This document shows positions 33,165 through 47,493 of a DNA stretch of 64,000 nucleotides, one piece after another. Each line of letters starts with the position of its first letter. Position 1 is the stretch's first letter. Under the pieces are notes generated by a model. The model made no database searches and was not told the origin of the DNA. It saw only the letters and a program-made list of their open reading frames with translations. The translations under genes were made by a program, and so were the position numbers. Origin of the DNA: the human T2T-CHM13v2.0 reference genome, Homo sapiens; NCBI RefSeq assembly GCF_009914755.1, contig NC_060944.1; one strand, given 5' to 3'.

Positions 33165-35936
33165 ATTCTGTTCAGTGTGTCTAATATTTTTCCCCCAGTA
33201 TTTAGATACTGTCCTTAATTCTAGAATTTTCATTTGGTTCTTTTATATATTTTACATGCATAGTTCCCCCATCTGCTCACTCAATATGACTTTCTTTAAG
33301 TCTAGATTATATTTATAGTAGCTGTTTTTAACATCTGTATCTGCTCATTCCAGCGTCTGGATCATCTCAGGATCTGTTACATCTACTTTTTTTTTTCTCT
33401 TGACCTTGGGTCACATTTTCTTGGATTATCTAGTAGTTTTTTATATTGTACTGGACACTGCAGAAGATACGCTGCAAAGATTTTAGATTTTCGTATCTTC
33501 CACTGAAGAGTGCTGTTTTGTTTTAACAGAATGTTAAATTATGGGCTAATCATCTTGAACTTGTGGAAGCTTCATCTTAACACTTTGTTCAGACGGTTGT
33601 GTTGGGATGTCGCCTTATGACAAATCCTTATTCTTGGGACACTATCTTTGCTTCTGAGATATGGCCTACCTCATTATCATTGAAGGTGTCCAGTGAGCCT
33701 CTGGATTGGCAGGATTTAAACTCCCAACTTTTCTCCCCTACAGTTGGAAACAACTGAAATCTCTGCTCAGCTCTTTTTTTGGCCTTCCAGCTGTTGCTGT
33801 CCATTGGACTCCTTGGCATCTCCCCAGTTGCATGTGCAATTATAGGAATCAGCTGTGGCTCTGAGAGGAGTCTGTGTATGGATTTGCAGCTCCTTCTTTT
33901 CTAGAACATCCCCTCTCTATTTCCAGCCACACTGGCAGCCCTGAACCTCATCCTCTGTCACTTCTAGCCAACGCTGGTGGTTTGTCCTCACCTTGATTTT
34001 TTATCACTTTCTTCCTCTCTTACTGCATTTCAGCCACATGGCCCTTCTTTTCAAACATTTGAAAAGAAATACAGAGACCCAACTCAAGGTCTCTGTATTT
34101 ACTGTTTCCTCTTTTTGAAATGTTCTCCCCCCTCTAAATATTGGAATGGTTGGATCTTCTTCCCTTTTAGGATTCCTCCAAGTTTTTGCTATCATCCTAT
34201 CTCAAATTGCCACTCCAGTCACTATCACCACACAGTGTTTTTTTTAATCTTCGTAGTAAATATTAAAATCTATAATCATCTATTTGTTTATTTATTGTCA
34301 GTTCCTGCCACTTGATTATAAGCTGTATGAGAAGAGGAACCGTATCTGAAATGACCACAGACAGCTGTATCCTCAGCCCACAATAGACGCTCAGTAAAAA
34401 ATTATTATTGAAGATTTTCATAATTATATACATTTATTGTCTATTTAACCAATCTCTTATTGACCGTTCTCTTATCAGCTTTTACCCCCATTATTCCATT
34501 GAAACACCATTGTTGTAGAGTTTGACTAAATATAAACCACAAATATAATTCGCTTTTTATTGTATTTGCCCTCTAGAAGTATTTGGCATTATCTTGACTT
34601 TTTTTTTTAATCCTTTGGTTTCCTGGGATACGGTTCTGGTTCTCCTTTCTACCTCTTGGGGCTTCCTCCTTCTTGTGTTTCTTGGCTTCAATGTCCACCC
34701 CTAAAATGTCACAACAGAATTTCTTGCATAGTCTGTGTCTCTTCCTAGGTGATTTCATTCACACTCAGCACTTTGATGGCCACCTTTCTCTAGTGACTCC
34801 AGGTGACGGGTATTTAAACAGAGACACCTGGGACTCCACATATCTACCACTGAACTCCTCTTTCTCCTCGGTCATCCCCAAGTACCTTGTTCTGCCTTGC
34901 CATAAGGGAGCATTTAACAAGTCCTTCGTACAACCACTGTAAACAACAACTTAGCAAAAATTATCAAATGTAAGTAGTAATGATAATGATGGGCATATTA
35001 TATCCTTTAAATGTAATAACTCAGTCCTTTAAACAATCCACTATGCTTTCCAACTCATAAAAAGTCACAAGAGACCATCATTCTCACCCAAACAGCCAAA
35101 ACAAGCAAGATAAGTTTTTAAAAGCCCATTAGGCAGCTGAGCACACAAAGAAACCTAAATAAACTAAACTTCAATAAGTGATAGACCATTCAGAAGAGAG
35201 CCGTAGCTGCTCTCATCCTCTATTGAAACAGAGGGACAGGGAAACTTTGCCATAGATGGGAACAGTTGGGCTCTTAACTGTGGAGACTTGAAGTGGGGCA
35301 GGTGAGCTCAGAGCAAACTCTTCACGGGAATTTCTACTTTTGCTGGGCATAGGGTGACAGCAGCCAAGGTGCAAGAATCCATGGGTGGAGCTGCAAAGCA
35401 AAGGAATCTCTTAAAAATCTTGATCTGATTCACTGACCCTCTCCTCTGCTGTGTCCAGTCATCTTATAAAATGTCCATATAAAGTCAGATAAGTAGAAAG
35501 TATCCAAACTGAAATGCAAAGAGAAGAGAAAGATATTTTTAAAAGACATCCAAAATCTGTAAGGTGCTGTCAGTTTCACAATTGGCTTCCCTGAAAGAAA
35601 GGAGAAGGACAAAGGAAAAGAATAATTCAAGAGATAAAAGGTAGGAGCTTTCCACAATTGATGGAAGTGATCAATGTATAAATCTGATAATTTCTGCAAA
35701 CTCGTCAGGATAAATACAAAACAAACCACAACTCCACAGTCTAGGTATATCATAGTCAAACTGCTGATAACCGGAAATAAAGAGCAGATCTTAAAAGCAA
35801 TCAGAAGAGGGATAAAAAACATGTTATATACAGGAGGACAGTGATAATAATTATCTCTGACTTTTCAGCACAAACAGTGGAGGTCAGAGTATAATGATAC
35901 AGCATCTTTAACATAGTTTAAAAATATATATATATA

Positions 35937-36217
35937 GGCGGGGTGTGGTGGCTCACACCTGTGATCCCAGTACTTCTGGAGGCCAAGGCAAGTGGATCAC
36001 CTGAGGTCAGGAGTTCAAGACCCAGCCTGGCCAATATGGTAAAACCCTGTCTCTACTAAAAATACAAAAATTAGCAGGGTGTGGTGGCGGGTACGTGTAA
36101 TGCCAGCTACTTGGGAGGCTGAGGCAGGAGAATCACTTGAACCCAGGAGGCGGAGGTTGCAGTGAGCAAGATCATGCCATTGCACTCCAGCCTGGGCGAC
36201 AGAGTGAGACTCCATCA

Positions 36218-36268
<51 letters not shown>

Positions 36269-36270
36269 AT
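35937..36270 (+). mobile_element. AluS with (TAAA)13 microsatellite tail
   Basis: sense dimer; tail 36218-36270. Confidence 0.95.
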
Positions 36271-36732
36271 CCCGCCAGCTAATTCTGTATCCAGCAATAA
36301 TTAATTAATTAAACCTGCCAACTAATCTGTATCCAGCAAAAACTTTCTTCAAAAATAAAGGTGAATGGAGACATTTTCAGACAAAAGCTGAGTTTGTCTA
36401 CAGTAGGCCCATATCAAGAAATATTAACAGGAGCCTATTTCATCCAGCTAAAAACACTATTGGCTTCAAATATATATGTAACAATTATATTGTTTGTTTG
36501 TAACATATGAAGAAGTTAAGTAACAGGCAACAGGAGCACAATGGATGGGAGGGAAATATATGAATATGTGGAATTCAGCTGGCAGAGTCTTACATTGTTC
36601 ATGAAATAGTATAATATTTGGAAGTAGATTGAAATTTAAAGATGCATACTGTAATCTCTAGAGAAACTATTGAAAAAATAGAGACACACAGAGAGGTATA
36701 GCTGAAAATCCAACACAAGACATAAAATCGAG

Positions 36733-36990
36733 GGCCCAGTGCCATGGCTCACACTTATAATCCCAGTGCTTTGGGAGGCCAAGTTAAGGGATGAATGCTG
36801 GAGGCCAGACGTTCAAGACCAGCTTGGGTGGCATAGCGAGACCCTGTCTCTACAAGAGAATGAAAAAATTAGCTGGATTTTATGAGCCACACCTTTAGTC
36901 CTAGCTACTTGGGAGACTGAGGTGGGAGGATTGCTTGAGCCCAGGAGTTCAAGGCTACTGTGAACCATTATTGTGCCATTACACTTCTTT
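36733..36990 (+). mobile_element. AluJ
   Basis: ggaggattgcttgagcccaggagttcaaggct. Confidence 0.85.
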
Positions 36991-37008
36991 AAAAAAAAAT
37001 TTTTTTTT

Positions 37009-37309
<301 letters not shown>

Positions 37310-38808
37310 TTCTTTTTTTTAAGAAGCTGAATACTGCCGTCCATATTTGATCTATCCAAAGAAGATAGAAAAAGAAGAGCAGAGAAACAAATACCAAAAT
37401 GGGAAACATTAAACCTGCCATATAAATAATTATATTGACTGTAAGTTTTCTTATTTTGAGCTTTTTTTTTTCTTTTTTTTAAATTACAGACTTCATGTTT
37501 TGCCTGGGATAGGGACAGTAGTTAACTGGAAATGGGCATGAGGAAACCTTCTGGTCATTGGAGATGTCATGCGTCTTATTCTGAGCAGTAGTTACACAAG
37601 AATATTTTTGATGGACTCCGTGATATAAAATATATCACAATGTCTGTGAATATAATGTCTGACAATTTTACTATGTTTACCAACTTTGTACTTTTTTTTT
37701 TTTTTTTGGCCTTATTGTATTGGCTAGACCCTGTAGTCCAGTGTTGAATCAAAATGTATGAGTAGACATCCATGCCCTGTTCTTAGGGAATAGCTAAAAT
37801 TAAAAGAGTAACCAAATGTTGGCAAGAATGTGGAATAACTAGAACTCCATAAATTTCTAATAAAAGTATAAATGGTTTAACTACTTTGGAAGACTCTTTT
37901 TATGTTTATAAAAACACTTGTACAAAAATGTTTATAGCAGGCTTGTTCATTATAGCCAAAAACTTGAAACAACTTAAATCTCTCAACATAAGAATGGGCA
38001 AAGTGCGATATAGTCACGCAATTGAATACCATCTGGCAATAAAAAAACACTGTAGATGAATTTCAAAACCATTGTTAAATGAAAGAAGCTAGACACAATA
38101 GAGTACCTATTTTATGATTCCATTTATTTGAAATCCAAGGACAGTTAACCCTCATCTCTGAAGTGGAAGTCAGAAACGGCTTGTGTGGAATGGGGACACT
38201 CTTAGTATGCTGTTATGCCGTCACCTCATTCCCTTTGCCTCAGCAGTTCTGCTTCTAGGTCTTTGTCGTACAGATAAACTCACATCATTTCTAAACCAAT
38301 TAAAAATTCTCCAAGGTTGGCACTTGCAGCATTGTTGATGAGTGGGGGTCTGATTATATCCATCATGGTGCAGGTACTCAATATAATACAGGAAAAAAGC
38401 CATCTTCAGAAAACTTGATATACTTAGGTTGGATGATCTCCTAGGTATAGGATAGAGAAAAAAAAATCAAAGGTATGTAGTATGTATTGCCATCTGTGTT
38501 TAAAAATAAAAGAGCATATGGGGAAACTGTATATGCATGTGCTTTATCTAAACCTAATGTATTTCTGAAAGGAGGTCTAAGAAACTGCTAAGATCAAACT
38601 TCCAGGGAGAGGAATTCAATGGCTGGAAAAGGAAGGTGGGAGATGTTTGGGTCTATCCTTGTTTTGTACGTTTTGAATATTGAAACATATGACTGTATTA
38701 CCTATTTTAAAAATTAAAGAATACAGTTACAGTTTGGAAATAACTGAAATAGTTCATCACACACAGAGTTGGCTGAACTGACAGAAGCCTGCTACATAGA
38801 CTTGCTGA

Positions 38809-39323
<515 letters not shown>

Positions 39324-40029
39324 TGACCCACTTCCCTTCGTCTTGTCTGTGCCCTCACAGGGCTTACTGTTCCCCAATTTTTGCCTACATCATCTGTCTC
39401 TACTTCTGTCCTGGAGGATCCTTAAAAGTAGAGACTTTAAGGATACTGCCTGGAATCTGGGGGGATAAAAAGTATTTTATTGTCTCTTGGGAAAAATAAA
39501 ACTAGTTCATGAAACTGGTAGGTTTTAAATTTTACCAATATTGTTGCTTAGGCAAGGCTCAGTTTAAAAAAAGAGAGTGATTTTTTGAAATATTCAGTAG
39601 TAATTCAAACGAAGCAACATAATGCAAATGGTACATAGAAATGTACCTTTTTTAAAATATTTTTAGAATATCTCTGAAATATTCACTAGTAATACAAATG
39701 GAGCAGCATAAATGGGGTGGCGGAGCTCTGGCCTCCAGGAGATTCTGGCTTACAAGGAACAGGGCCTCACACCAAGGAGGCACTTGTTACCAGCCTTCAC
39801 CTGCCTGGAGCCTTCTATGTGGTCACCTAACTGCACTCTGCCCACCCCACCCTCCAAGTCTAACCCTGCAGAGCAGCCAGGCTGCTGCTTGACATTCATG
39901 ATTCTCTACTTTGATTCTTGCCGTTGCTCTTCATGGAATGGGACCCCCCTGGGGGTCCTCGCCCATCTTCTCCCTCAACTTTCTGGCTCAGCCCCATACT
40001 TCACCTCTTCTCTGAAGGCTTTCCTGATG

Positions 40030-40480
40030 CATTTGTTTCCTCTTGCTGCTTTAACACATCACAGCAAACTGAGCAGCTTTAAAAAACACACACTTACTCT
40101 TTTATAGTTCTGGAGGTGAGAAGTCCAAAGTCAGTTCACAAGATTAAAGTCAAAGTATTGACAGAGCTGGTCCTTCTGGAAGTTCTGAGGGGAGAATTCA
40201 TTTCCATACCTTTTTCAGCTTTTAGCAACTGCCTTGGCTTGTGGCCCCTTCTTTCATCTTCAAGGCCCGTCATTCTCTTCTCCATTTCCATGTTCAGATC
40301 ACCTTCTCTTCTGGCTCTCACTCCTCTTGGTCCCACCTGAGTAATACAGGGTCCTCTCTCCATCACAAGATCCTCAATTTAATCACATCGGGCAGGTCTC
40401 ATTTGCCATTTAAGGGAATCTGTTCACAGGTTCTGAGGTTAAGGTGCAGATCCTAGGATGCCATCACCATTCTCCTGCTC
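40030..40480 (-). mobile_element. MLT1C/D-like solo LTR
   Basis: ttgctgctttaaca..agttctggaggtgagaagtccaaa..ttaatcacatc..ttcacaggttctgaggttaagg. Confidence 0.8.
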
Positions 40481-40972
40481 ACAGTCTGTCCATTCTTCAC
40501 TTACCTCATAGGATAATTACCTGGTAATTATCTATTCACCTGACCAGTACCCCCAGTGTAAGCCACTTGAGGGCTGTGATGGGCTCTTTCTCACCTTGCC
40601 TGCCTGGTGTTCCTGCCATGTGGTAGAAGTCCAGGTGTTTGAAGGAGTGAACAGATTGCCCAGTACAAATAGCACTGTAGTTCAGAGCACAGACTTGAGG
40701 TTCGACTGCCTGGCTGTGGATCCTAACTGCACCTCTCACCAGCCCTGTCTATTCTGTGTCCCATCTGCAAAATGGTGATGAAGAATAAAACCCAGCCTGG
40801 AGCCCACAGTAGAGGGATTCAGTTGGGTCACATGTGAAATCATTAGAAGAGTGTCTAACAATAAAGTCAAGACAGTTTTGTCATTGTTGATTTTGTTTTT
40901 GATGTGAAATGGTATATGTTATGTAAATTATTATTGACAAGTTTAGGAAAGGATAAGCTTTTTGCTATTTAG

Positions 40973-41286
<314 letters not shown>

Positions 41287-43499
41287 GTTTAAAGAAATCT
41301 TTTCCTTGATTTTAAATATTTTCCAAAAAGTTTTTAGGCTGTATGATGAACATGTAGAAGGTGATAAAGGATTTGCTTAGGATGACCATGAACCTGTGGA
41401 ACAGTCCGTTGTGCACCACTCTGCTTTAAGTGGGTATCGACTGCTTGGGAGAGATTACTATGCAGAGTTAATCCTTAGATCTCATTAGCCTAAGAGATGG
41501 TGGAGATTCAAGAAAAGGTTAAAGGTGTGTGTGACTATGGAATGCACACAATACTTCACTGAATTTATGGATACACTTGAGACTTCCGGCTTCTTGAAGC
41601 CACTCTAACATAAGCCAAATGTGCGCTTAAATTCAGCTAACCCTCACTGAGAACCCATCAAGTTCTTTGCACCATTCTAACAGAGACAACTTTGTGAAGG
41701 TCCCTTGATACCTCTGTTAGAGGAACTTCTAGATGTCATGTGCCTTTGGTCTTTTTATGTCTCAATCTTGGTATTCAGTGGTGTTTCCATCAGTGTACAT
41801 AATCCAGAGATCCAAGGGTTGTTTGCATGAGATTTCTAGTTTTGAGAAGTGAGAATCCTTTGTTAATTGTAAAATGTGCTGGATTGTTCATCCTCGGGAG
41901 GCACTATATGCCATTATGGGGATGACACCATCCCATATGCCATGCAAAGAACAGGGTTTGCAGTAAAGAGAGGTGCTGGAATGTAATGTCAGAGCACACC
42001 TATGTTCCAGGAGAGCTAAACAAGTCTACTGCAGTTAAAGAAAAGAAATGTTTAAAATACCTTGCAACAAGTTTTTTCATTGAGAGCACGTACTCTGACC
42101 AAAGATCATGACTACTTGGTGTGCATGAAGAAAGTCATATTTTTAGAATGCCATGATAAATGGAGAAGTATATGAAAAGCATTCTAGCTTTAGGAAATAA
42201 TGCTAGTATGGATTTTAGATTAAAGACATAATAAGATCTGCCTAAGCAGAGTGAAGAGAGATGGTTTAGTAGTGAAAAATAAGGTTATCAGACAAGTAAA
42301 TGGCAGGCTGGAAAATAAAAATGTATCATTTGAATGGCAGGGAGCCATTGCCAGTTTTTCAAAAAGCAAGATATTAAAGTTATCATACCCTCTGCATCAT
42401 TTAACTTGATCGTTAAAGGAGTGATCCTAGTGATCCTAGAGTTCTAGTGACAACGGGAGGGAAAAATTGTAGTAGTCCCACTGGAAGATTAGGGTCCAAT
42501 TTATGAATTTATTTCAGGGATTGAGGTTCAAGTGTAGATTAAATATAAAATGAAGAACCAGACAGCTCTACTTCAAAATTGGATGCAAGTAACAAAGGAC
42601 AAAGGATAGTTGCAGACTTCGTTTCTGTTCTGTGGAAGGCAGACATAACGTTCTGTGATTGAGATCTTGGAATTTGGGGTGATTTGTGGGGGTAGAGTGG
42701 AAATAACGCCCTATTTTCACCATGTTGGGCAGGAAGGGTGATGAAGTATCTAAATTGTGTAGTTAAACTAAAATCAAGCAGATTTGGAAAAGTGCTGTTC
42801 TCAACAGGTGAAGACCTGACCGTAGGAAGGAATCCATTGTTGAGTCCTGCTCCTGCAGGACTTCTGCCTGGGGCTAGCCCAGAGCTCGGGAGGCGCCACA
42901 GGCAACCTCCCCCTGCCATGTCTCACCCTGAATCCAGGTGTTACCACTACGGAAAAGAATCCAATCCTAATGCTGAGGAGGAAGTGGTTCTTACAGATGT
43001 GATAGGCCAAGATTTTAACCTCTCAGAAATCAACAGAAATGCATTGTGGGGTTGAGGGGAGAAAGGTTGGCCACTTGAGCTGTGACGTGGGGTTGGGAAA
43101 AAACTCCTGATTCAAACGTGAATGAGCAGGAAAGAGACACCCCCTCCTTCCAAAAAGCGATATGACTTCTTAGCAGAATTCCAGAGCTTTGAGTGAGAGA
43201 GGGACACAGTGACTTTGCCGTAACTCCTGGATTTTGCTGGTTGCCTGTGGGCTAGAAGGAGTTGGAGCTGGTGGCTTGGCAGAAGGCAGGAAGGACACTG
43301 CTTGGGCGTACTCAGCCTTGCACTAGTTGAGCCACTTCCCACATACCCTAAAGGCCACACACCTTGCTAAGGTTGCAGAGCCCAGGTCTGCTCTAATCTC
43401 AACGTTTTACCTGCATTTCAATAGTACTTCTCACTTCATGCTTCAGGAAGTGCTTGGCCAAGACACCCTAGATCTGTTGGCATAACAGACAGCCACTTA

Positions 43500-44620
43500 G
43501 CTTGTAGGCTACATGATAAATGTTTTGTTGGAGTTCTAGGATAGCAAAGAGATGGAGAGATGAGGAAGATACCCCTATTACAGAGGAAGAGTTACAGCGA
43601 GGCCCCTACACTCAAAGAACTTAAAATTCTCATGGGTAAGTCAGACATTGAACAGGCAAACTTTAAAAAGAAAAAAACATAAATGAACTACTCAGATGTT
43701 GTGAAAGCTGCTCTAAAGACAAAGTGCAGTGGTGAGTTGGGTGGGAGGCTGCCTGGTGGGGTAGATGGCACAGGTGTCTATGGTCATTAACATTTAAGCT
43801 GAGACCCAAACGATGGGGAGCATCTGGCCAGGGGAGAGCCAGTGGGAAAGCATCCAAGGAAGAGGAGCAGTCAGTGGTCCGTGGGAAGGTGGACACAGGG
43901 ACAATTGAAAAGATTTGAGACTTGAGACCAGTTTGATGACTGCAGTGGCCAAGGCAGGATGTGCTGGGGTCATGAACCAGGGCAGCATTGACACATGAGC
44001 CAAAGAAAAGACATCTCTGACTCAGCAAAAGTCAGAAAAATGGAAGTCACAGCAAGTATGAGTGGAAATTCGTCTGTTCTCTAGTTGAAAGTGTTGACTG
44101 GGGAGCTGGTTGAAAGTCTTGGGGCTTATAACCTGTTTTCTCTGAGAAGGCTGAAACAAGCTGTTGTCCTGAAGAGACAGGTAGCTGGAAGTGGTAGAGA
44201 ACTGGAAAGGAGGAGAGAGAATGTGGGATAATTGCTGTGGAATGGAAGAAGGCCTAAGACGCATGCCCAGCAGACAAAGTGTAGAATCTTCATGGCCGTC
44301 CACATAGTTTTGTAATTTTTCCTCCAGCGAAGCCACCACCCAACCATTGGGTAGAGGAAGCAGGTGGAGAGGCTGTTGGGGCTTTTCTGGGTGGTTGAGA
44401 CAAGACAGGCAAGGAGGCTAGAGAACTGGTGGTGTGGGCAAGTGATGCTGGTGATCAATGGACTGGAAGCCAACAGCAGAGACTTAGACCCAAGAAGGGA
44501 GCTTGAGGTACAAGAAAACTTCAGGGTAGACAGGAAGGAGGCGTGGTGAAAGTGATGAAAGGGGAGAGTAGAAGGGTGGTCCAGGGTCAGACAGGGAGTT
44601 AGATTTAATCCTTCAGGGCA
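43500..44620 (-). mobile_element. L2 fragments
   Basis: purine-rich L2-like motifs (acatttaagctgagacccaaa, ggagaggctgttggg). Confidence 0.5.
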
Positions 44621-46676
44621 CTTTCATTACATCATAGCTGCCATTTTGTCTTTTATCTGACTCAATAATAAGTCAGTAATAAGTAATGTTTTAATTAAAG
44701 GTAAATGCTTGGCAGGTAGGTTAAACTTCATTGAGTCCCAATCCTGTCATAATTATTGTGTATACCTTTCTCAGCTTTTTGTCTACTTGAAATATATTTC
44801 TTCTTCCTTTGAGCAGCCAAAATGGAAGTGTTGGATGTGTTGGCTCTGTTGGTAGGCTCCTGTTGGATGCCTGTTGTCACTCATAAATGTAACACCACAA
44901 CCATAATTGATGGAGAGTTGAGTTGCAAGCTTTTAGGACTAATTGCAAAGTCTAAACTAAAACATTTCCTGGAGCTGCCTTTAAATAATAATAATAATAC
45001 CTTGTATAGATACAGTGCTTTACAATTTACAGAGCACTTCCACATACATCATCTCATTTAATCTTCACAATAAACAATGCTTTTTGAATGCTTAGATATT
45101 TCCTAAGTGAGAAACCATGTTGTACATCCTGATTTAATCATAGTGAGTCACCAAAAGTTCTTGATACAATAACCATTTATGAGTACCTTCTGTGTACAAA
45201 GCACTTTACTAAGGATACCAAGGGGTAAATTTTCAGTAAATAAATATCCAATAAGTAGTACCTATCAGTAAATATGATCTTGCCTCCTAATTTACCTTCG
45301 CTTCCTAGTCACAGTCACTGTTTTGGAGGCTACTTGCCATGGCATAAATTTATATAAATATTGCCAGGAATTCATTGTATCAGAGTTGAAGTTTTAAAAC
45401 TAAGGATTCTGATACTTGTCTAAGCTCATGATTCATCAGAAAGTCATCCTGTCTATTCAACTTGCACTTTTCTTGAAGATTATCACTTGAATCTCAAGAA
45501 AAATATTTCAAGGCCTCAGCATATCTGAAAATGCCAGCCATTGAGTTCAATGTCCTGATTGGAGTGATTTGGGTACAACTTGGCCAAAAAACAAGAGTAC
45601 AATTTGGCAAAAAAAAAAAAAAAAGTATAACTTCGTACTTGGTTCCAGAAGTCTTATTTTTCATTAGAAAAGAAGACACACCCATCTTTGGGCTCTACTG
45701 GCCAGACTGGGATGCTTTGAGAAGACTGGGAGACAAAGGACTTCCTGGGAGGCTGCCCTCTGGGTGAGGGGGGAATGGAAGGTAGTATTGGAGCTGGGCC
45801 CAATCCCAGGGCAAGAATCCTGAACCTGTGTCCTGGAGTCCCCCAAGTGTCCAGGCGTGTCTTCTGGGCCACCATGGCTCTTCAGAGGATACACAGATTT
45901 TGAGGTCTCACTCAAGATTCTCCAAATGTAGAACCCCCAAAATAATAGGAACCCTGCCGTCAGAGTGCCCTGGGCAGAGTAGCTCCCTGAAAGTGAGCGG
46001 TGTGACCTGCAAACCATGATTCCTTCTCCCATCCGGGGCTCGATGAGGCCCCAAGGTGTGATGTTGAACTTCAGCTGAGAAACCCGTTTTGTCGATGAAA
46101 TGCAGGTGGTCGTCAGGGGCACTGATGATGAATCGGGTCCCCTTGGTGCAGCTGTTACTTCTCCAGCCATCTTCCTGCTCCTTGTTCAACACCTTAATGT
46201 TATTAATTCGCATGTTAACACTAGCTCTCACTCACCTATTTACATGGGAATGTGGTTTGGGAATTGGGGGAGGACAAAGCCAGATCCTAAAAAGTTTTTT
46301 TTTTAACTAGTGTATACATTCCTGGACATAGTTTTTTAGGAATATTTTCCCATGATAACATCTCTTTAAATAACAGGTTTTGTGTTTTACAAGGGAGGCT
46401 AATGTCTGTATTGCCAAACTATCTCTTGATTCTTTTGATAAGGAGCTTAGAACCCTTCCTTCTTGGTGTCGGGCAGATGTGCCTAATGCTTTATTTTGAC
46501 AGAGGATATGCACTCAGCATCTGAGCATCCCATAAATACTCCAGAGAGGAACACAATTAGGATACAGCGTGGTGCTGGGAGACTGAGCGTTGGTTGAGTC
46601 TAAGTGATGTTTCCGACTGGGGCTGGAAACGTGCTTTACATAATTGTATTCTGATCATTTAGGTCTCTCTTTATAG

Positions 46677-46758
46677 GGCATCTTTTATGACCAAGACTGT
46701 CCAGTACCAAAATGAGCTACATAAATTCCTAATCTGGGATACAGCTGGACAAGAACGA
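46677..46758 (+). CDS. RAB22A: RAB22A exon 3 (ASFMTKTVQYQNELHKFLIWDTAGQER)
   Basis: acceptor ctctttatag|G, donor CGA|gtaagt; WDTAGQE G3 motif; phase matches exon 2; 82 nt. Confidence 0.98.
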
Positions 46759-47382
46759 GTAAGTCACTCTTTAATTTACTCTGTTTTTCTGAGGCCCAAA
46801 TGAAAGTTCCAACTAAACTGTCAGCATCCCTGTCATCTCACGTTACTCACTTCTCTTCTGTGCACCGGAGACACATTTATTTCCATTTGCGTAGGCCAGC
46901 CTTTGCCTTTGCCTTTTCAATTAGAGCCACAGAGTCCACCGATGGAGAAAGTGATAATGGGCACTGAGGGCATTTTTATACCTTGCAGTGTCTTAAAGTA
47001 AATGCTGACCAACAGGCCTGATAAAATCCCACTCAGAGCACTGTGTATAATTTGGGGCTCTCTCCTCTAGTAAAGATATATAAAGCAATTAGTGGTAGAA
47101 AGGGTGAGTTAAGCACAACTCATTTATCGCTGCCTTTTAAAAGCTAAAGAGGGAACTTTACAGCATATGAAGGGTGAGATATAAGTGAAAAGGATAAGCT
47201 AACACAGTGCCTTGCAATAGATACTTAATAAATGCCTGATGACAAAATTGGCCACAATGGTTATCTGCTTAAGGAAGAGCCTGAACCAGAAGCGGGGCCT
47301 GAACATGGCAGCATGGGGTCTAATGGAATTTGGGGAAGCCCACCCAAATCAGAAAGGGCCGGGAAGGCAGGGATGGGGACAA

Positions 47383-47493
47383 ACACATCTGCTTCCTCCC
47401 CTTTCCTCTGGGTACTGAGACACATCTGCCTCCTCCCCTTTGCTCTGGGTACTAAGACACATCTGCTGCCTCCCCTTTCCTCTGGGTACTAAG
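47383..47493. repeat. 37-bp minisatellite x3
   Basis: acacatctgc..cctccccttt.ctctgggtact.ag at 47383, 47420 and 47457. Confidence 0.93.

Noticed and set aside
45664-46310. Overlapping ORFs (168 aa and 107 aa on -, others on +) and an ATGATGA C-box-like motif upstream of exon 3
   Set aside because: No recognisable protein similarity or splice support; no CTGA D box or terminal stem at snoRNA distance.
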